NCBI GenBank assembly: GCA_039096935.1
Contig: JBBPEE010000035.1
Span: 186,001 to 250,000, forward strand
Direction of reading: 5' to 3'
DNA: 64,000 nucleotides
From: Blastocystis sp. ATCC 50177/Nand II
Taxonomy: Eukaryota
Positions within the stretch are counted from its first letter, which is position 1, and each line of letters opens with the position of its first letter. The notes under the pieces were generated by a model. It searched no databases. It was given only the letters and a program-made list of their open reading frames with translations, and was not told the DNA's origin. The translations under genes were made by a program, and so were the position numbers. This document shows, piece by piece, positions 34,163-51,107 of the stretch.

Positions 34163-37100
34163 CTAAAACTTGATTGTTGCTCTCTTGTTCCTGAAAGTCA
34201 TACCCTCACGTTTGTAGGCTGTCTCGTACACACTTGGATTACCAACACGACGCAATATATGACCGTCTTTGTCTTCTCTATATCCATGTCTCAAGTACCC
34301 CTTCTCAAATAGCCCCTCTTCAACATAATCATTAATATAACGGAACCCAGCATAATACTGCAAGTTGCGAACAATTCCCAAAAACACCTTCTTGCCGTTT
34401 TCCTCTACAATACAATCAGTAATCTCATTAATCGTATGGAAGTCACCGCCATACATGCGTCCATGTATTCCTAAGGCACCATTGTTTAAAGACACACAGA
34501 AATCACGCTGCAAAGAAACACTACCGATGTAATACGCGACTTTGACATCTCCAATTGGAACAATACTCTCCTTAAGAGAATCCGTCGATACAGAATACTT
34601 GTTTCCATCAAGAAGAACATAAAACTCACCCTTCTCTGGAAGAAAGTTCTTCAAGCTCCCCTTATACAATAGTGTCTTCTGATCATACACTCTCCATTCA
34701 TTCCCATTCTCATCATTCACAAATGTCGATTCAAACACAAACCCATTCTTGTTTGTCATCCGAAAAACGCCACTCTTCTTTCCATTCTTCCACGTTCCCT
34801 TGAGTTGGTATTTTCCACAAAACTCCGTTCCATTGCCATGACGACAATCATTGTCGAATTCCCCCTCATACACCTTCGTTCCTTTCTCAAACTCTTCACC
34901 ACGGCCATACCGATAACCGCGGAAATACCCTCCACGATACACAAGAATACGACTCTCATCATACTCTTCACCATTCCCATTAGGAACATATAGCCAATTC
35001 TTGTAAGTGTTTCGCGTGTTCTCCGTCCACCACGATTTTTCATTCCGTTGTACACCTCCTTTGTACAACACGTTACCCCGCGTTGAACGAATAACCATGT
35101 TCCCATCCTTAGCAAACTGGTACGTCCTCTTCCCATCACTCTCGTCTATCTGTGTCACGCGATTGCTATTGCGCGTCTTTTCTCCGTTCCTCACTCCATT
35201 CTTCCATTCACCATCATACAACAATCTTTCATAAGTATCATACTCCTTTCCATGTCCACTCCTCACTCCATTCTTCCATTCACCATCATACACCTTCTTA
35301 CCATTCGCATACTCCACGCCTTTTCCACTCCTCTTTCCTTTCTTCCATTCACCGTCATACAACAGTCCATCATTACCATCATATTCCTTTCCCCTTCCAT
35401 TCCTCACGGGAACGGTCAAGGCGCCTTCAACACACATTGCCAAATCACCCTGATAAACCACTCCAGAAGCAGCATCATAAACCAGTCCATTCAGGTAATC
35501 AATAGTCTGATGATTCCTGTAATAATAGTGCGAAGTGACATTCCTCTCCCCTCTCTCCGTCTTTCTCTCAACCAATCGCACGTCTCGAAATCGTTTGTCC
35601 ACAGTGATGCTCTCCTCAGAGAACACTTGCTTCAGCTGCTTCTGAGTGCACTTGTATATCATTGTCACCTTCTCTCCCTCATTATCAAAAGAAAGCTCCA
35701 CAATTCCATTTCCCTTACTCACGATGCTGCAGGAGTCATATACCAGACTGTCATACACCTTCTCATCATTGTCCAGAACGCTATAACGCAGCGTCGCCTT
35801 CTCTCCATTCACCACAAATACATACCTCACATCCCATTTCATGCCCTGTTTTGTAGACTCAATGTACTCATGTCCCATCACCATTTCCCCATTCTCGAAG
35901 GTTCCACTGGTTGTTCTCGTTCCCACCGTCATGTTACCCTTACCACTGATCGGCTGAGCAAAACCGCCCAGATACTGGAAGGGTGCAGTCATACTGTCCA
36001 TCGTATACGTTCTCCACTGCCCATTGCGATACACCCGAATGGTCCCCTTCACCAACTCCCCATTCCGCCATTCCCCCTTCGCGTTCTCTCCATCCCTTCC
36101 AGTCATCGTTCCTTGACCATTCGGAACACCATCCACACAGCAGCCTTTGAACACTAGCACTCCATTCACCCGAAAGGAGACTTCTCCCTCCTGCCTTCCG
36201 TTGTTCATACGGAATCTCTTCTCCACAGTCACCTCCTCACCGTTCTCTCTCTTCACACTCTTCACACTCACGTTACCATTCCACACAACCTTCATGAAGC
36301 CCAAATCAAGCACATTATCTCCATTCTCATCCGTCGCCTCCACTCCATAACCGGAAATAGCCTCACCCTTCTCATTCACATAGTTCTCGATCTCCACCAC
36401 ACCGTTCTCAACCACCACCGAACACGGCTCTCCATTCGTCAGGAACTTGTAGCCCTTCTTCGGCTTGCCATCCACCCATTCTCCCACCGACGGAATCCGA
36501 TCGAACTCCTCGCGAGAACACTCAACCAACCCAGCCAGCGTCACACGCGGATTCCAGCACATCACCAGCTTGTCCTTCGCCACCATGATTCCCTTGCCGT
36601 CGAACATACCATCCTTGAAGTACCCGCAGTACTCCAGCTCGCCCCTCTCCGTCACACCCTTCGCGAACAGCTTGCCAAAGCCACAGAATACTCCACTCTT
36701 AAAGGCGCCCTCGTACTTCACGTACTTGGCGCCCGAATTGTTCCGCACGGGGTAGTACAACACTCCATTTCCCTCCATTTGGTACTCCTCGTCCACCTCG
36801 CCAGCGTAGACCAGCGTACTGTTCGTGAACAGCTGACCGCTCTTGGGGACGCCGTGCGAGAAGGAACCCGTGAAGGAGTGGAGGTGGTCAAAATAGGTGC
36901 CGTACCCGTCATACTTCCCCTCGGCGTCGAAGAAGCCCTCGTATAACGGGCTGTTCTCGTCATCGTCGGTGTACACCATGCCCAGCACGCACTTCCACTG
37001 CTGCGTCACATAGCCCGTGAACACGTGAATGGGCCTGGAGTCCTCGTTCTGGTGGTACAGCTCAACGAATGACGTTCCCGTCATATCACGAGCCTGTGAG

Positions 37101-38443
37101 TCGGGCTTGGATGCAATCAGCTTGTCAATTCTCTTCTTCGTGCTTTCATCCCAACCCGAGGCAAACGGTCTTTCATCACGATACTCACAGGTGTAGAACA
37201 GCCCATTATTAAGGAACTTATTCCCTTTCACTTTCTTCCCATCCTTGAAGGTGCCCTGAAAGAGCACCACACGCTTGCCATTTACATCTCTATACTCCTT
37301 TCCCTGACCATCTGGAACACCATTCTTGCGATCTCCTTCATACCAAGGAAAGGCATCCTCATGACTCCACTCTCGTTGACTCGACTGCTCCGAACTGTAC
37401 ACTGGGCTGATGACAGTGTCGGTGAGGATATTCAAATTGGAGCAGGAATCGTCTTCTTGTTTTAAGGAATGGACTCGATTCACAAGAGCCAGGATCACTT
37501 TTGATTCTTCCTCGTCGATTAGCCTCTCCAGAGAATCCGTCACAAATGGATACTAGTCATCACTCACATTTATCGCCACTCACACGCATCAGCTCTCGCA
37601 CAGAAGCCCGCTCATTCACATCCTTCACCAAGCATCTCTTCACAAACCCAACAAAGGCACCAGACCAGATCGAGGAGGTGAGAGACGGAGGATCATGGAA
37701 GCAAACCGCCTTCGTGATTTGGGCATTTGACTCGCATGATTGATAAGGATTCTTCCCTTCCGCCATTTCAATCAGTGAAATGCCCAACGACCACACATCA
37801 CTCTTCATCACTGTTTTCCCATCAAAGACCTCTGGAGCCATGTAACACAGTGTACCAATTTCTCCACTCCGTACTGAATTCGAGTGATTCAACTGTTCCG
37901 CTAAACCGAAATCTCCGACCTTGATTAGTCCATTCTGGGAAATGAGCAGATTTGCCGGTTTGATATCCTAGAGAGAAATGAAAGAGCAAATTAGAATACC
38001 CTGTGGATGATCTTTCTTCTATGAAGATAATCCAACGCAAGCAAGCAGCAACTGGTGATATCGCGGAGTTCCGGCTCTGTCAGGTGGTTTTCGCTTGTTA
38101 TGTAGTCCTGTAGCGATCCGTGTTTACAATACTCCATTACAATCTACTCAGGTTAATTGGCAATAGCAATCCAACCCAAAGTGATCCTTTGTCTTTAACA
38201 AGGTCGTTATATTTCACAATATAGTTGGAAGTACACCATTTCAAGTTGTCAGAATCAGTTTCTACACACCCTGAACTTGCACCACCGTTGAGTTTCTTTA
38301 GCGCCACCATGGTGTGTGTATCCTTATCCAGTGCTTTATATACGCTACCAAAACCCCTATTCCATTATCGGCATCCACTGTATTAACCCCGTTCCAAGTT
38401 GTGTCCTAATAGTGTACCTTCCTGCAATAACCTCCCCTTCCAT
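34163..38443 (-). CDS. STE20-like Ser/Thr kinase fused to a long MORN-repeat region
   Basis: Spliced kinase: GTG/GFGSVYKA, HRDIKPANLL, DFG, GTLCYMAPE, DVWSLGI; joined by a ~30-nt intron near 37554-37583 to a 3.4-kb exon with YDGEWKNG.R.G.GKEY repeats. Confidence 0.8.
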
Positions 38444-38690
38444 GTATCGCCTTGAATTCAAGCAGACTAATGAACGGAGAATAGACTGGATGGTGCAAAA
38501 CTGGGACTAAGTGAGACATATCACCATATTCTGATTAGGGCATAGGGCGTGAAGCGACTCCTACTCATTACTCTTTCACTGCACTTCTCCTCCAATCACT
38601 TCAGACGCCATATATCGCAGCGCATCACACATTCCCTCTAACATCCCATTTCCTCCAACAAACACCCCCAACTGCAATAGAAGGCATAAA

Positions 38691-39204
38691 TCACGACCGC
38701 AATATGTTAACAAACTCCTCAAACTCCACAAACCCGCTCTTGTTATGATCGGCTACAATGATCATATTCTCGACTTCCTTATCCGTCAACGGAATTCCGA
38801 TCTTCTGGAAGTAGTCCTTCAGTTCCTGCTTGTCAATTCTCCCATCGGACTTTGTGTCGCACAGGTCAAAGGCCTGCTTCGCTTCCATCATCTTCTCTGT
38901 ACGTAACACTTTCTAGCCTCACTTACCGATGCTCGAAGCATCTCTGCTGAGAATACGATAAAACTCGTCAAAGCTAATCCTGCCGTCCTGGTCAATGTCC
39001 TTTTCCTGAATCATTTCGTCAATGTCCTTCAGGGAGTGCTCGAAGCCAAATCGGGCCAGCAAGTTCTTGATTTCGGTGCAAGAAATATCGCCGTCCCGTC
39101 CCTTGTCGAATACATAGAAAATTTCCTTCAAAAAGTGGAGCTACGCGATGACTCGAGAGAACAGGTAGTACTTCCGCGTCGGACAGCTTTTCCTTTTTCT
39201 CCAT
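38691..39204 (-). CDS. calmodulin-like EF-hand protein
   Basis: Four EF-hand loops (DKGRDGDIS, DIDQDGRIS, DTKSDGRID, DHNKSGFVE); two introns. Confidence 0.88.
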
Positions 39205-39289
39205 CGCGTAGGACACAAATAGGACGAGAGAAGGAGCAGAAACACCAGAACAATGACGCCGGTCTGTCAACAAACACTCCCTTATAGCA

Positions 39290-41492
39290 CTAAATGTACT
39301 GATACGCTCCCTTCGACTGGTACTGGGGCATGTTCTCGTCCCTCGCCTCGGCCTTCTTCACCTTGTGGCTCTTCTTCCCGCTCCTCTCCTTCACCTTCCT
39401 CTCACGCGGCTTGTGCCTTCCGCCATTCTCCTTCTTCTCTTCGATTTCCTTCAGCTGCTCCTTGGTCAGCTCCGAAGGGTCGATCGTCTCCGCCTGCTCC
39501 GGAATGGTCGCAATGGGGTTCGTAGGCTCCACACCGAGCGAAGGAGGCGGAATCCACCACGTCAGCACGCCGTTCAGCACATCCTTCAGAATCGCAATTG
39601 CGCCTCGCGGTTCGTTCACGCCGCTGTGGTTGCTCGCCATGTACCCGCGCACCGTGCAGAATGCCTACCTGTGACAACTCGTGCGCACCAAAACCTGGAG
39701 CAGTTGGCGGGGATGGGGTACGGCATTTGGCGGGTCGAGCGGATTGCGCGGCAGTTTGACGTGATAGACGCGCTCAAGCTCCTCCCGCGGCATGCGCTGG
39801 CAGACGAGCCGAATGGGGTCTGCGAATGAGCGTCACCACCCAGGCCCACCGATGTACTCGCGCATGTTGCTGGCAGGCAGCACGCCGTTGAAGAGGAGGT
39901 CCGCCTTGGTGTTCATGACCACGGGGAACACCAGGCCGGGACAGTCGCACAGCATCAGCGTATCTGACAGGATACACGTCTGCAAGTGCTTCGTCTTGCC
40001 GGGCGTCGCGCCCACCGCCACGCGCACCGCGCCGTGCGAGGTCGCCGTCACGCCCAGCAGCACGTTGATCAGCGAGGACTTGCCCACGTTGGGGAAGCCC
40101 AGCATACCCACCGTCGCGCGGCGCTCCGCCCACTCACCGCTCTCCACGCCGTGCTCCTTATCATACCGCTGCACGTCCGCGAAGGCCGCCGCCGTCTCGC
40201 GCTCCAGCGTCGCCAGGATCTCCTCGCGGTTGTGAATGCGGTAGCGTTGGCGCTCCTCCTCCGTGCAGTGCAGCGCCTCCAGCGCCGCCTGCTCCGCCTC
40301 CGCCGCCTTCTTCGCCCGCTCCGCCTGCTTGGTCCGCTCCTCCTCCTCCAGCTTGTGCGCCTCCTCGTCGATCGTCGTGTGAGGCTGCTCAGAAGAGGAA
40401 CCCTCCTCCAAGTCGTAGTTGGCGAGATCGTTCGTCAAATCTTTCTTCTCCTTCTCCCCTTCCTCCTTCTCACTGTCACTGTCACTGTCATCATCATCAT
40501 CATCATCATCATCACTCATGAGAGAGGCAAAAGCATTCTCCGGTCTCTTCCTCTCCTCCTCACTCTCACTCTCACTCTCCTCCTCCTCCGCCTCCTCCGG
40601 CTCCTCCGGCTCCGCCGGCTCCTCCTTCGCCTTCTCCTCCATCTCCTTCTCAATCACCGAGGAGGAGGACTTGGCGCTGAAGAACACGAACGCCAGGTTC
40701 ACCGAGTCGAAGTAGCGACCCCACTCGATGCGCACGTGCTCGGGGATCAGATCCGCCTTGTTCACGATCAGCATGGAGCGCTTCATGGGGTGCACCTCCT
40801 TCACGTACTTGTCCACGTCGGGACACCTGCATGTCAGCATCATCGCATTGCACGCACCGGAAGAGAAGAGGGTTTCGGCTATCCACAATCTGCACGAGCA
40901 TGTCGCTCTTTTCCACAACACGCCACAACTGACGCCAGACCTCCAGATTCTTCTCGAACGGAGCCACACTTCCCTTCTCGTGCTCGATGCTCCTGCGCGT
41001 GACAACAACCCACTGCAATCACTTGGCCACAAAGCGTCTCCACTCCAGGAAGGTGGTACGCTCCAGATGGTCCTGCTCCTCGGGCGTTCGTTTGGAGTCC
41101 CAAAGGGGGCGACGAGGGATCTGGATGGTCTTGTACTTGGACACCATCTCGAGATCGACGTCCTCCTTCACCTCCTTCACCTCCCTGTCAATCATAACGG
41201 CCGATCCCCATTCGGTCTGGAAATTTCGCTGCGACAGATTGACCGTGTCGAGGAAATCATCCTAGCCCTCACCAATCGCTCCGCTCTCAAACCAGATTGT
41301 TGACATCCAGGACAGACTTCAGTCCCGTCTCGGGGATTAGACCGATTTGTTCCTTTTCCATCCTCTTTCTACACCATCACTCCCTCTTCCCTCCTTGTAC
41401 TTTTCACGCATTTCCTGCTTCTTTGACCGTATTACCGCAGCCTTGTCTTTCAGGATTGCCCTTCCGAGTGAACTATCCTTTCCCTTTGGCAT
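39290..41492 (-). CDS. LSG1: large subunit GTPase 1 (60S maturation)
   Basis: PFEKNLEVWRQLWRVVEKSD..QIVDSRNPL, NKADL, GFPNVGKSSLIN, TPGKTKHLQT, DCPGLVFP; acidic insert. Confidence 0.93.
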
Positions 41493-41676
41493 ATTCTATC
41501 GAATTAGCACTCTCCGTCGCGCATAACGAACAATACTAGCAAAAGAACAATAAAAGAATGAGAATGTGAAGAAGGAAAACTAACACCAGTCGAAACGTCC
41601 TTCCTTCTCCAAAAGTGTGAACAAGAAACAATCCAAAGGCACAACATTGGAAGCAGCGAACCCAAGACACATCTCC

Positions 41677-42285
41677 TTACTTGGCCTTGTCGAGGATGAT
41701 GCCATCGTACTGCTTCTTGAACCACTCCATCGCCTCCTCGCGGGTCACCTTGTGCTGGTAGCCGAGTCTGCTTCTCTGGGCCTTTCTCTTCGTCACACGG
41801 CCGCCGGGACGAGCCAGCTGCACGTAGAAATCCATACCGAAGATACCGGTGTTAGGGTCGTACTTGATGCCCAGATCAATGTGCTCCTGAATACCGAAGC
41901 CGAAGTTGCCGGAGTCGGAGAAGTTCTTCTTCACGAGCTCGTACTCCTTCACCTTCAGACCGCGCTCCAGAATCTCCAGGGCCTTCTCGCCACGAATGGT
42001 GGCATGGACGGAGATCTTCTCGTTACGGCGGATGGAGAAAGAACGGATGGTGAAACGGGCTATAGAATTAGAGGACTTGGCTAGCAAATGAACGAACCCT
42101 TTCCATACACGGGCTCCTGGCCGGAGATCTGCTGCAGCACACGAGCCGCCTTGGAAATAGCATCACCGGACTCACCAACGCAGATGTTGATGACCAGCTT
42201 CTCAACGCGGATGTTACGCATGGGATTAGCCTTCTCGCTCTACAGCAGATGAGCCATTGCACGGTGATCACGGTCCGCCTACCAT
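41677..42285 (-). CDS. RPL11: 60S ribosomal protein L11 (uL5)
   Basis: [41 protein letters not shown]; two introns. Confidence 0.98.
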
Positions 42286-42435
42286 TTTCAGTGCAAGTGT
42301 TGTTGCCTTTCTCTAATTGGAAAGAAGGAGTCCACGGCCAAATCGGGCCTTATGCAAATCGGTGCTCCACGCCGCACACCAGATTCCGACGTGATTGCAA
42401 AACAACAGCCCAATATAAAGGAATAAAACAACAGA

Positions 42436-43034
42436 CTACTTGGAAGACCCCTTGGGAAGTGCGAAAGCGCTCTTAAGCTCGGGATGGTCCTCGATCATCA
42501 TCTTCACCAAAACGTCGGTATGGCCCAGCAGCACGCCCACGCCCTCGTAGGTGGAAGAACGACTCTCGATAAGCTTGTGAAGCTTGAAGAAGCACTGCTT
42601 CAGATCCGTCGACTTCTCCAGCTTATCTCCGTGATAGCACAGAATCGCGCGCACCCACGCAAACAACGCGATTTCGATCTAGTCCTCACAAACAGAAGAT
42701 AACCCCTACACGCGGATTATCGACTAGCTTGTCCTGCAAAACAGAAACGAGCGGTGAGATGTAGCGAAATTCGAGCTTTTCGGTGACAACATTTGCGGAC
42801 TACTCCATCACAGGAAATCGCTGCGTTTACCCTGCTGAACACCTTCAAATAGTCCACCAGCTTTTCTGTATCGCCCTCATCGAGCATCTTGGTAATCTTG
42901 TTAACGGCTTCCTCAATTCGCTGAACATTCTCCTTTACATCTTTAGCGATCGTCATCTTGTGCACGTACTTCCTCATCGCCACGACGGCACTGTTTCCCT
43001 TGGCTCCCTGTGTCATGATGGCCTCTTGCCTCAT
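42436..43034 (-). CDS. hypothetical helical protein (spliced)
   Basis: Open exons with GT-AG introns, TAG followed by a TGTTGTTT 3' motif; no recognisable family; start uncertain (43034 or 43016). Confidence 0.5.
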
Positions 43035-43283
43035 TTGTTTCATTCTCACTAAGCAAATGACTCCCACAACAAAGCCGTACTTCTCTTTCCCATTTTGCTC
43101 AAGAATCGGTTCCCACAACAAGAGAGTGAGAGAGGAAGGACTAGGCGGGACGAAAGGGAGAAATAACCGCGGGGCCCGCCCTGATTCGATGCGTTCAATC
43201 TTGTTTATTCTGTAAGTTTGGGATCCTATTCTTTGTTGCCTCTCTTCTCCTCGACGAATGGAATCTGATTTGTACTGTAGATA

Positions 43284-44100
43284 ATGCAGGGTGACGATAT
43301 TTTCGAGCAGAACCTCTGCCACATTCGCAGATGCTACGTGTATAAGATTCCCCCCAGAAACACCGGTATGGGTTACCGTGCTGCCGGTTGGACGAACCAG
43401 ATCTGGTTCGGTAGCCTGAACGTGGTTCTCCGCGGAAAGACCTGCTACATCGAGCTGGTGGACGACAACAGAAAGCTGTTCGCCTCCACGGCCATCCGCG
43501 AGGACGGTCCTGCGGTTTGGGCGAGGAGAGGGAGTGAGGCGTAGATCATCGAGCCCGTGCTGGATTCCTCTCGTTATTTCGTCATGAGAATCGAGAAGGA
43601 CCGCAAGAAGGCGTACATCGGCATTGGTTTCCAGGAGAGATCGGAGGCTCTGGACTTCAAGATCGCTCTTCAGGAGTACAAGAAGTACCTGGACGAGCCC
43701 GAGGAGCTCTCCGACGAGGAGGAGCAGGATTACGCTCTTCAGGATGGTGAGTCCCTCCACGTCGAGGTGGCCATCAAGAACAAGAAGGTGCGCTTTGTTT
43801 AGGGAAGTGAGATTTAGAGACACAACAAGAAGAAGGTGGACGATGTGATCGAGGTGGACGAGAACGGTTCTCTGGCTCCTCCTCCCGAGGCTGGCCGTGC
43901 GTCTTATTATCGGCGTTTGAGAAGTAGATCGTCGCCGCGCGCGTGGCTCTCGCAGAAAGGCCGAGGCTGCTGACGAGGACATGATGGGTGCTGCTGCGCC
44001 TGCCGCTGCTCCCGCTGCTGCTCCCGCTCCGCAGAGGGGATACACGTGGATGTCGATTGGGAGGGTAATGAGTAGAGACGATATTTTCAACATGTTCTAA
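43284..44100 (+). CDS. NECAP: NECAP (adaptin ear-binding coat-associated protein, PHear domain)
   Basis: CYVYKIPPR..GYRAAGW, VLDSSRYFVMRI..KAYIGIGFQERSEALDFKIALQ. Confidence 0.93.
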
Positions 44101-44288
44101 GAGTAGGAGAGAAGGGAGTGTTTTGGACTGTGTTTGTTCCACACCACAGGATTTGGAGGGAAAGTGGAGGTAACCGCAAGGAGGAGAAATGGGGTATTAT
44201 GCAGGGAACAAATAATCACCGAACCGCAATACGGGCTTTATGACGTTTGAATTGCGGTATTCATTTTCAGCGTTCTTCAGTATCTCAA

Positions 44289-45707
44289 ATGAGAGAAATC
44301 ATCCACCTTCAAGTTGGTCAGTGCGGTAATCAGGTAGGGAGACGGGAAGGAAAACTAACGCGCAGATCGGAACAAAGTTCTGGGAAGTGATTAACAAGGA
44401 GCACCACATTGATATCAACGGTCAGACCCAAGTGGAGCCCAACGAGGACCTCAACGTCTTCTACAGCCAAGCCATGAACGGACGCTTCGTGCCCCGTGCG
44501 ATCCTGGTCGATTTGTGTGCCATTCATCTTATCTCTCATTCCTAGGGAGCCCGGGACCATGGACACCATCCGCGCGATGGAGGTTGGCAAGATGTTCAAG
44601 CCGGACAACTTCGTGTACGGCGCGAACGGTGCTGGCAACAACTGGGCGAAGGGACACTACACGGAGGGCGCGGAGCTGGTGGACCAGGCGATGGACGTTC
44701 TTCGTCGCGAGGCGGAGTCGTGCGACTGCCTGCAGGGCTTCCAGCTGACGCACTCGCTGGGAGGCGGTACGGGCTCCGGCATGGGCACGCTGCTGCTGTC
44801 GAAGATCAAGGAGGAATTCCCCGACCGGATGATCATGACGTACTCGGTGTTCCCGTCGGCGAACGTGTCGGACACGGTGACGGAGCCGTACAACACGACG
44901 CTGTCGGTGAACCAGCTGCTGGAGAACGTGGACGAGGTGGTGGTGCTGGACAACGAGGCGCTGTACAACATCTGCACGCAGTCGCTGAACCTGAAGACGC
45001 CGTCGTTCTCGGACATGAACGAGCTGGTGTCGAAGGCGATGTCGGGCATCACGGCGTGCCTGCGCTACCCGGGCCAGCTGAACAGCGACCTGCGCAAGCT
45101 GGCGGTGAACCTGATTCCGTTCCCGCGCCTGCACTTCTTCATGACGGGCTACGCGCCGCTGACGAACAGCGCGAACAGCGCGTTCCGCCAGTACTCGGTG
45201 GCGGAGCTGACCTCGCAGCAGTTCGACGCGAAGAACATGATGTGCGCGTGCGACCCGCGCCGCGGCCGCTACCTGACGGCGGCGGCGATCTTCCGCGGAA
45301 AGGTGGCGACGCGCGACGTGGACGAGTGCATGCGCGAGATCCACCAGCGGTACGCGCCGTACTTCGTGGAGTGGATCCCGAACAACATCACGACGAGCGT
45401 GAGCAGCGTGGCACCCGCGGGCTCGCCAATGGCGACGACGTTCCTGGGCAACAGCACGGCGATCCAGGACGTGTTCTCGCGCGTGTCGGAGCAGTTCGAG
45501 GTGATGTTCCGCCGCCGCGCGTACCTGTACTGGTTCACGAGCGAGGGCATGGACGAGATGGAGTTCACGGAGGCGTCGAGCAACCTGGCGGACCTGATCA
45601 CGGAGTACCAGCAGTACCAGGAGGCGACGGTGGATGACGAGATTGTGCAGGAGGAGGCGCCCGCGGAGGAGCAGCCGCAGCAGGGCGAGATGGAGGTGCA
45701 GAACTGA
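44289..45707 (+). CDS. TUBB: beta-tubulin (divergent)
   Basis: [69 protein letters not shown]; two short 5' introns. Confidence 0.98.
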
Positions 45708-45778
45708 GCTTCCGCTTCGTAGTACATTTTTCCTCAGTGGCGTGTTGGTTCAAACAGGCGAGGACACAATAAATTACG

Positions 45779-47441
45779 TTACAACTTCTTTCCGCTCCAC
45801 GCTCTCTGGAAGTAGTCTTCGGGGTGGTAGTTCTCGGGGTGCTTGCTCCGCTCCACGATCTCCTTCTTCCACGACCGCATCAGTCCCTCGATCGGCCAGA
45901 TGGCAGCGTCGGCCAGACCGCAGATGGTGTGCATCTCGATCTGCGTGCCCACCTCCATCATCATGTCAATCTCGCGCTCCGACAGCTGGCCCTTCTCCAG
46001 ACGGCACATCATGTCGTACACCCACGGCAGACCCTCGCGGCACGGCGTGCACTGGCCGCACGACTCGTGCATGTAGAAGTGCGACAGGTTGCGGATCGCC
46101 GCCATCTACGCCTCACACACCCCCGCCACCACCACCATGTCCGTGCTCTTGTCCATCACGATCACGGCCGCGGAGCCCAGACCGCTCTTGAAGCTGCCCA
46201 GCGAGTCGTAGTCCATCAGCGCCTGGTCGCACATCTCCTACGCCTCACCGCCGCGCCGCTCGCCCACGTGGTTCAGCGCGCGTGTGGACGCGCCGCCCGG
46301 AATGACGGCCTGCAGGTTGTCCCAGCCGCCACGCACGCCGCCCGCGTGCTTCTCGATGAGGTCGCGCAGCGGGATGCTCATCTCCTCCTCCACCACGCAC
46401 GGGTTGTTCACGTGGCCACTGATCGCGAACAGCTTCACGCCCGCGTTGTTCTTGCGGCCCAGGCCCGCGAACCACGCGGGGCCGCGGCGCAGAATGGTCG
46501 GCGACACGGACACCGTCTCGCAGTTCGTCACGGTCGTGGGACACCCGTACAGACCCGCGTTGGCGGGGAATGGCGGCTTCAGGCGCGGCTTGCCCTGCTT
46601 GCCCTCCAGCGACTCCAGCTGCGCCGACTCCTCACCGCACACGTACGCGCCCGCGCCGCGGTGCACGAACACGTCGAAGTTGTAGCCGGTGCCACAGGCA
46701 TTGCGACCCAGGAATCTACGCATCAGCAGCGACGCCTTCTTCGTACCCCTTCTCGTACGCCTCGTGGATGGCCTCCTCCAGGTGGATGCTCTCGTTGTAG
46801 AACTCGCCGCGGATGTAGATGTACGCCGCGCGAGCGTGCATCGCGTAGCCAGCGATCAGGCAGCCCTCCACCAGCGCGTGGGGCTCCTTGCGGATGATTT
46901 CGCGATCCTACGCCTCACATCCCCTCGCCTCCCCCACCTTGCAGGTGCCGGGCTCGGACTCATCGCAGTTCACACAGAGGAAGTTGGGACGACCATCCTT
47001 GGACACCTTGGGCATGAAGCTCCACTTCAGACCGGAGGGGAAGGCGGCGCCTCCACGGCCGCGGAGACCGGACGCCTTGATATCCGCAATGATCTGGTCG
47101 GGACCCATCTCCAGCAGCTCCTTCGTCTTATACCAGAAGCCACGCTTCATGGCGCTCTCGATGTGCCAGTCGTAGTTGCCATAGAGGTTTGTGAAAATAC
47201 GATCTTGGTCCTAGGCGATGACGCCGCGTCCGGAGGAATTACAGAAAGGCCTCCGTGGACTCTCTCAGGAATGGGCTGCTGGGGAGCGGCGGGCTTCGCG
47301 GCAGCGGGTGGAGGGGGAGCCGCAGCGAACGAGCGCACGATCACTCTGGACAGCTCGGACTTGTTCACTACGCGAATTAGATGTTCCAATCCACAGCGCC
47401 CCACAACACTTTCCGATTCCTCTTGTTACAAATGCCTGCAT
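45779..47441 (-). CDS. NDUFV1: NADH:ubiquinone oxidoreductase 51-kDa flavoprotein subunit, organelle-targeted
   Basis: [60 protein letters not shown]-terminal targeting-like peptide. Confidence 0.97.
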
Positions 47442-47645
47442 GAAGAGAACTCTGCAGAAAACGGCGAAAAGACGATTGCATGTCGTTGTGTGCGGCGGAC
47501 ACAGTAGTTGAAAACAAGAAGGAACCCCTATTAGCGGCCTTGCTTGCTTGCTATTTCTTGCCAACACAGAGTTCACTCGACTTCGAAGGACATCAGGGAC
47601 TGAACAGGTAATCGCGATTCGGTTTCTTTAGCGCTAGAACACAAT

Positions 47646-51010
<3,365 letters not shown>

Positions 51011-51107
51011 TCTGCCTGTTCCACGTCCGAATCGGTGAAGAATAGGGAGTGCACTCCGAATTGGGGGATCCCCCGTTTCAGAAGAGCAGTCGGTTTCTTG
51101 CGGGAGA

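Noticed and set aside
40470..40630. TCA/TCC microsatellite-like tracts
   Set aside because: They encode the Asp/Glu/Ser-rich insert of LSG1 on the minus strand.
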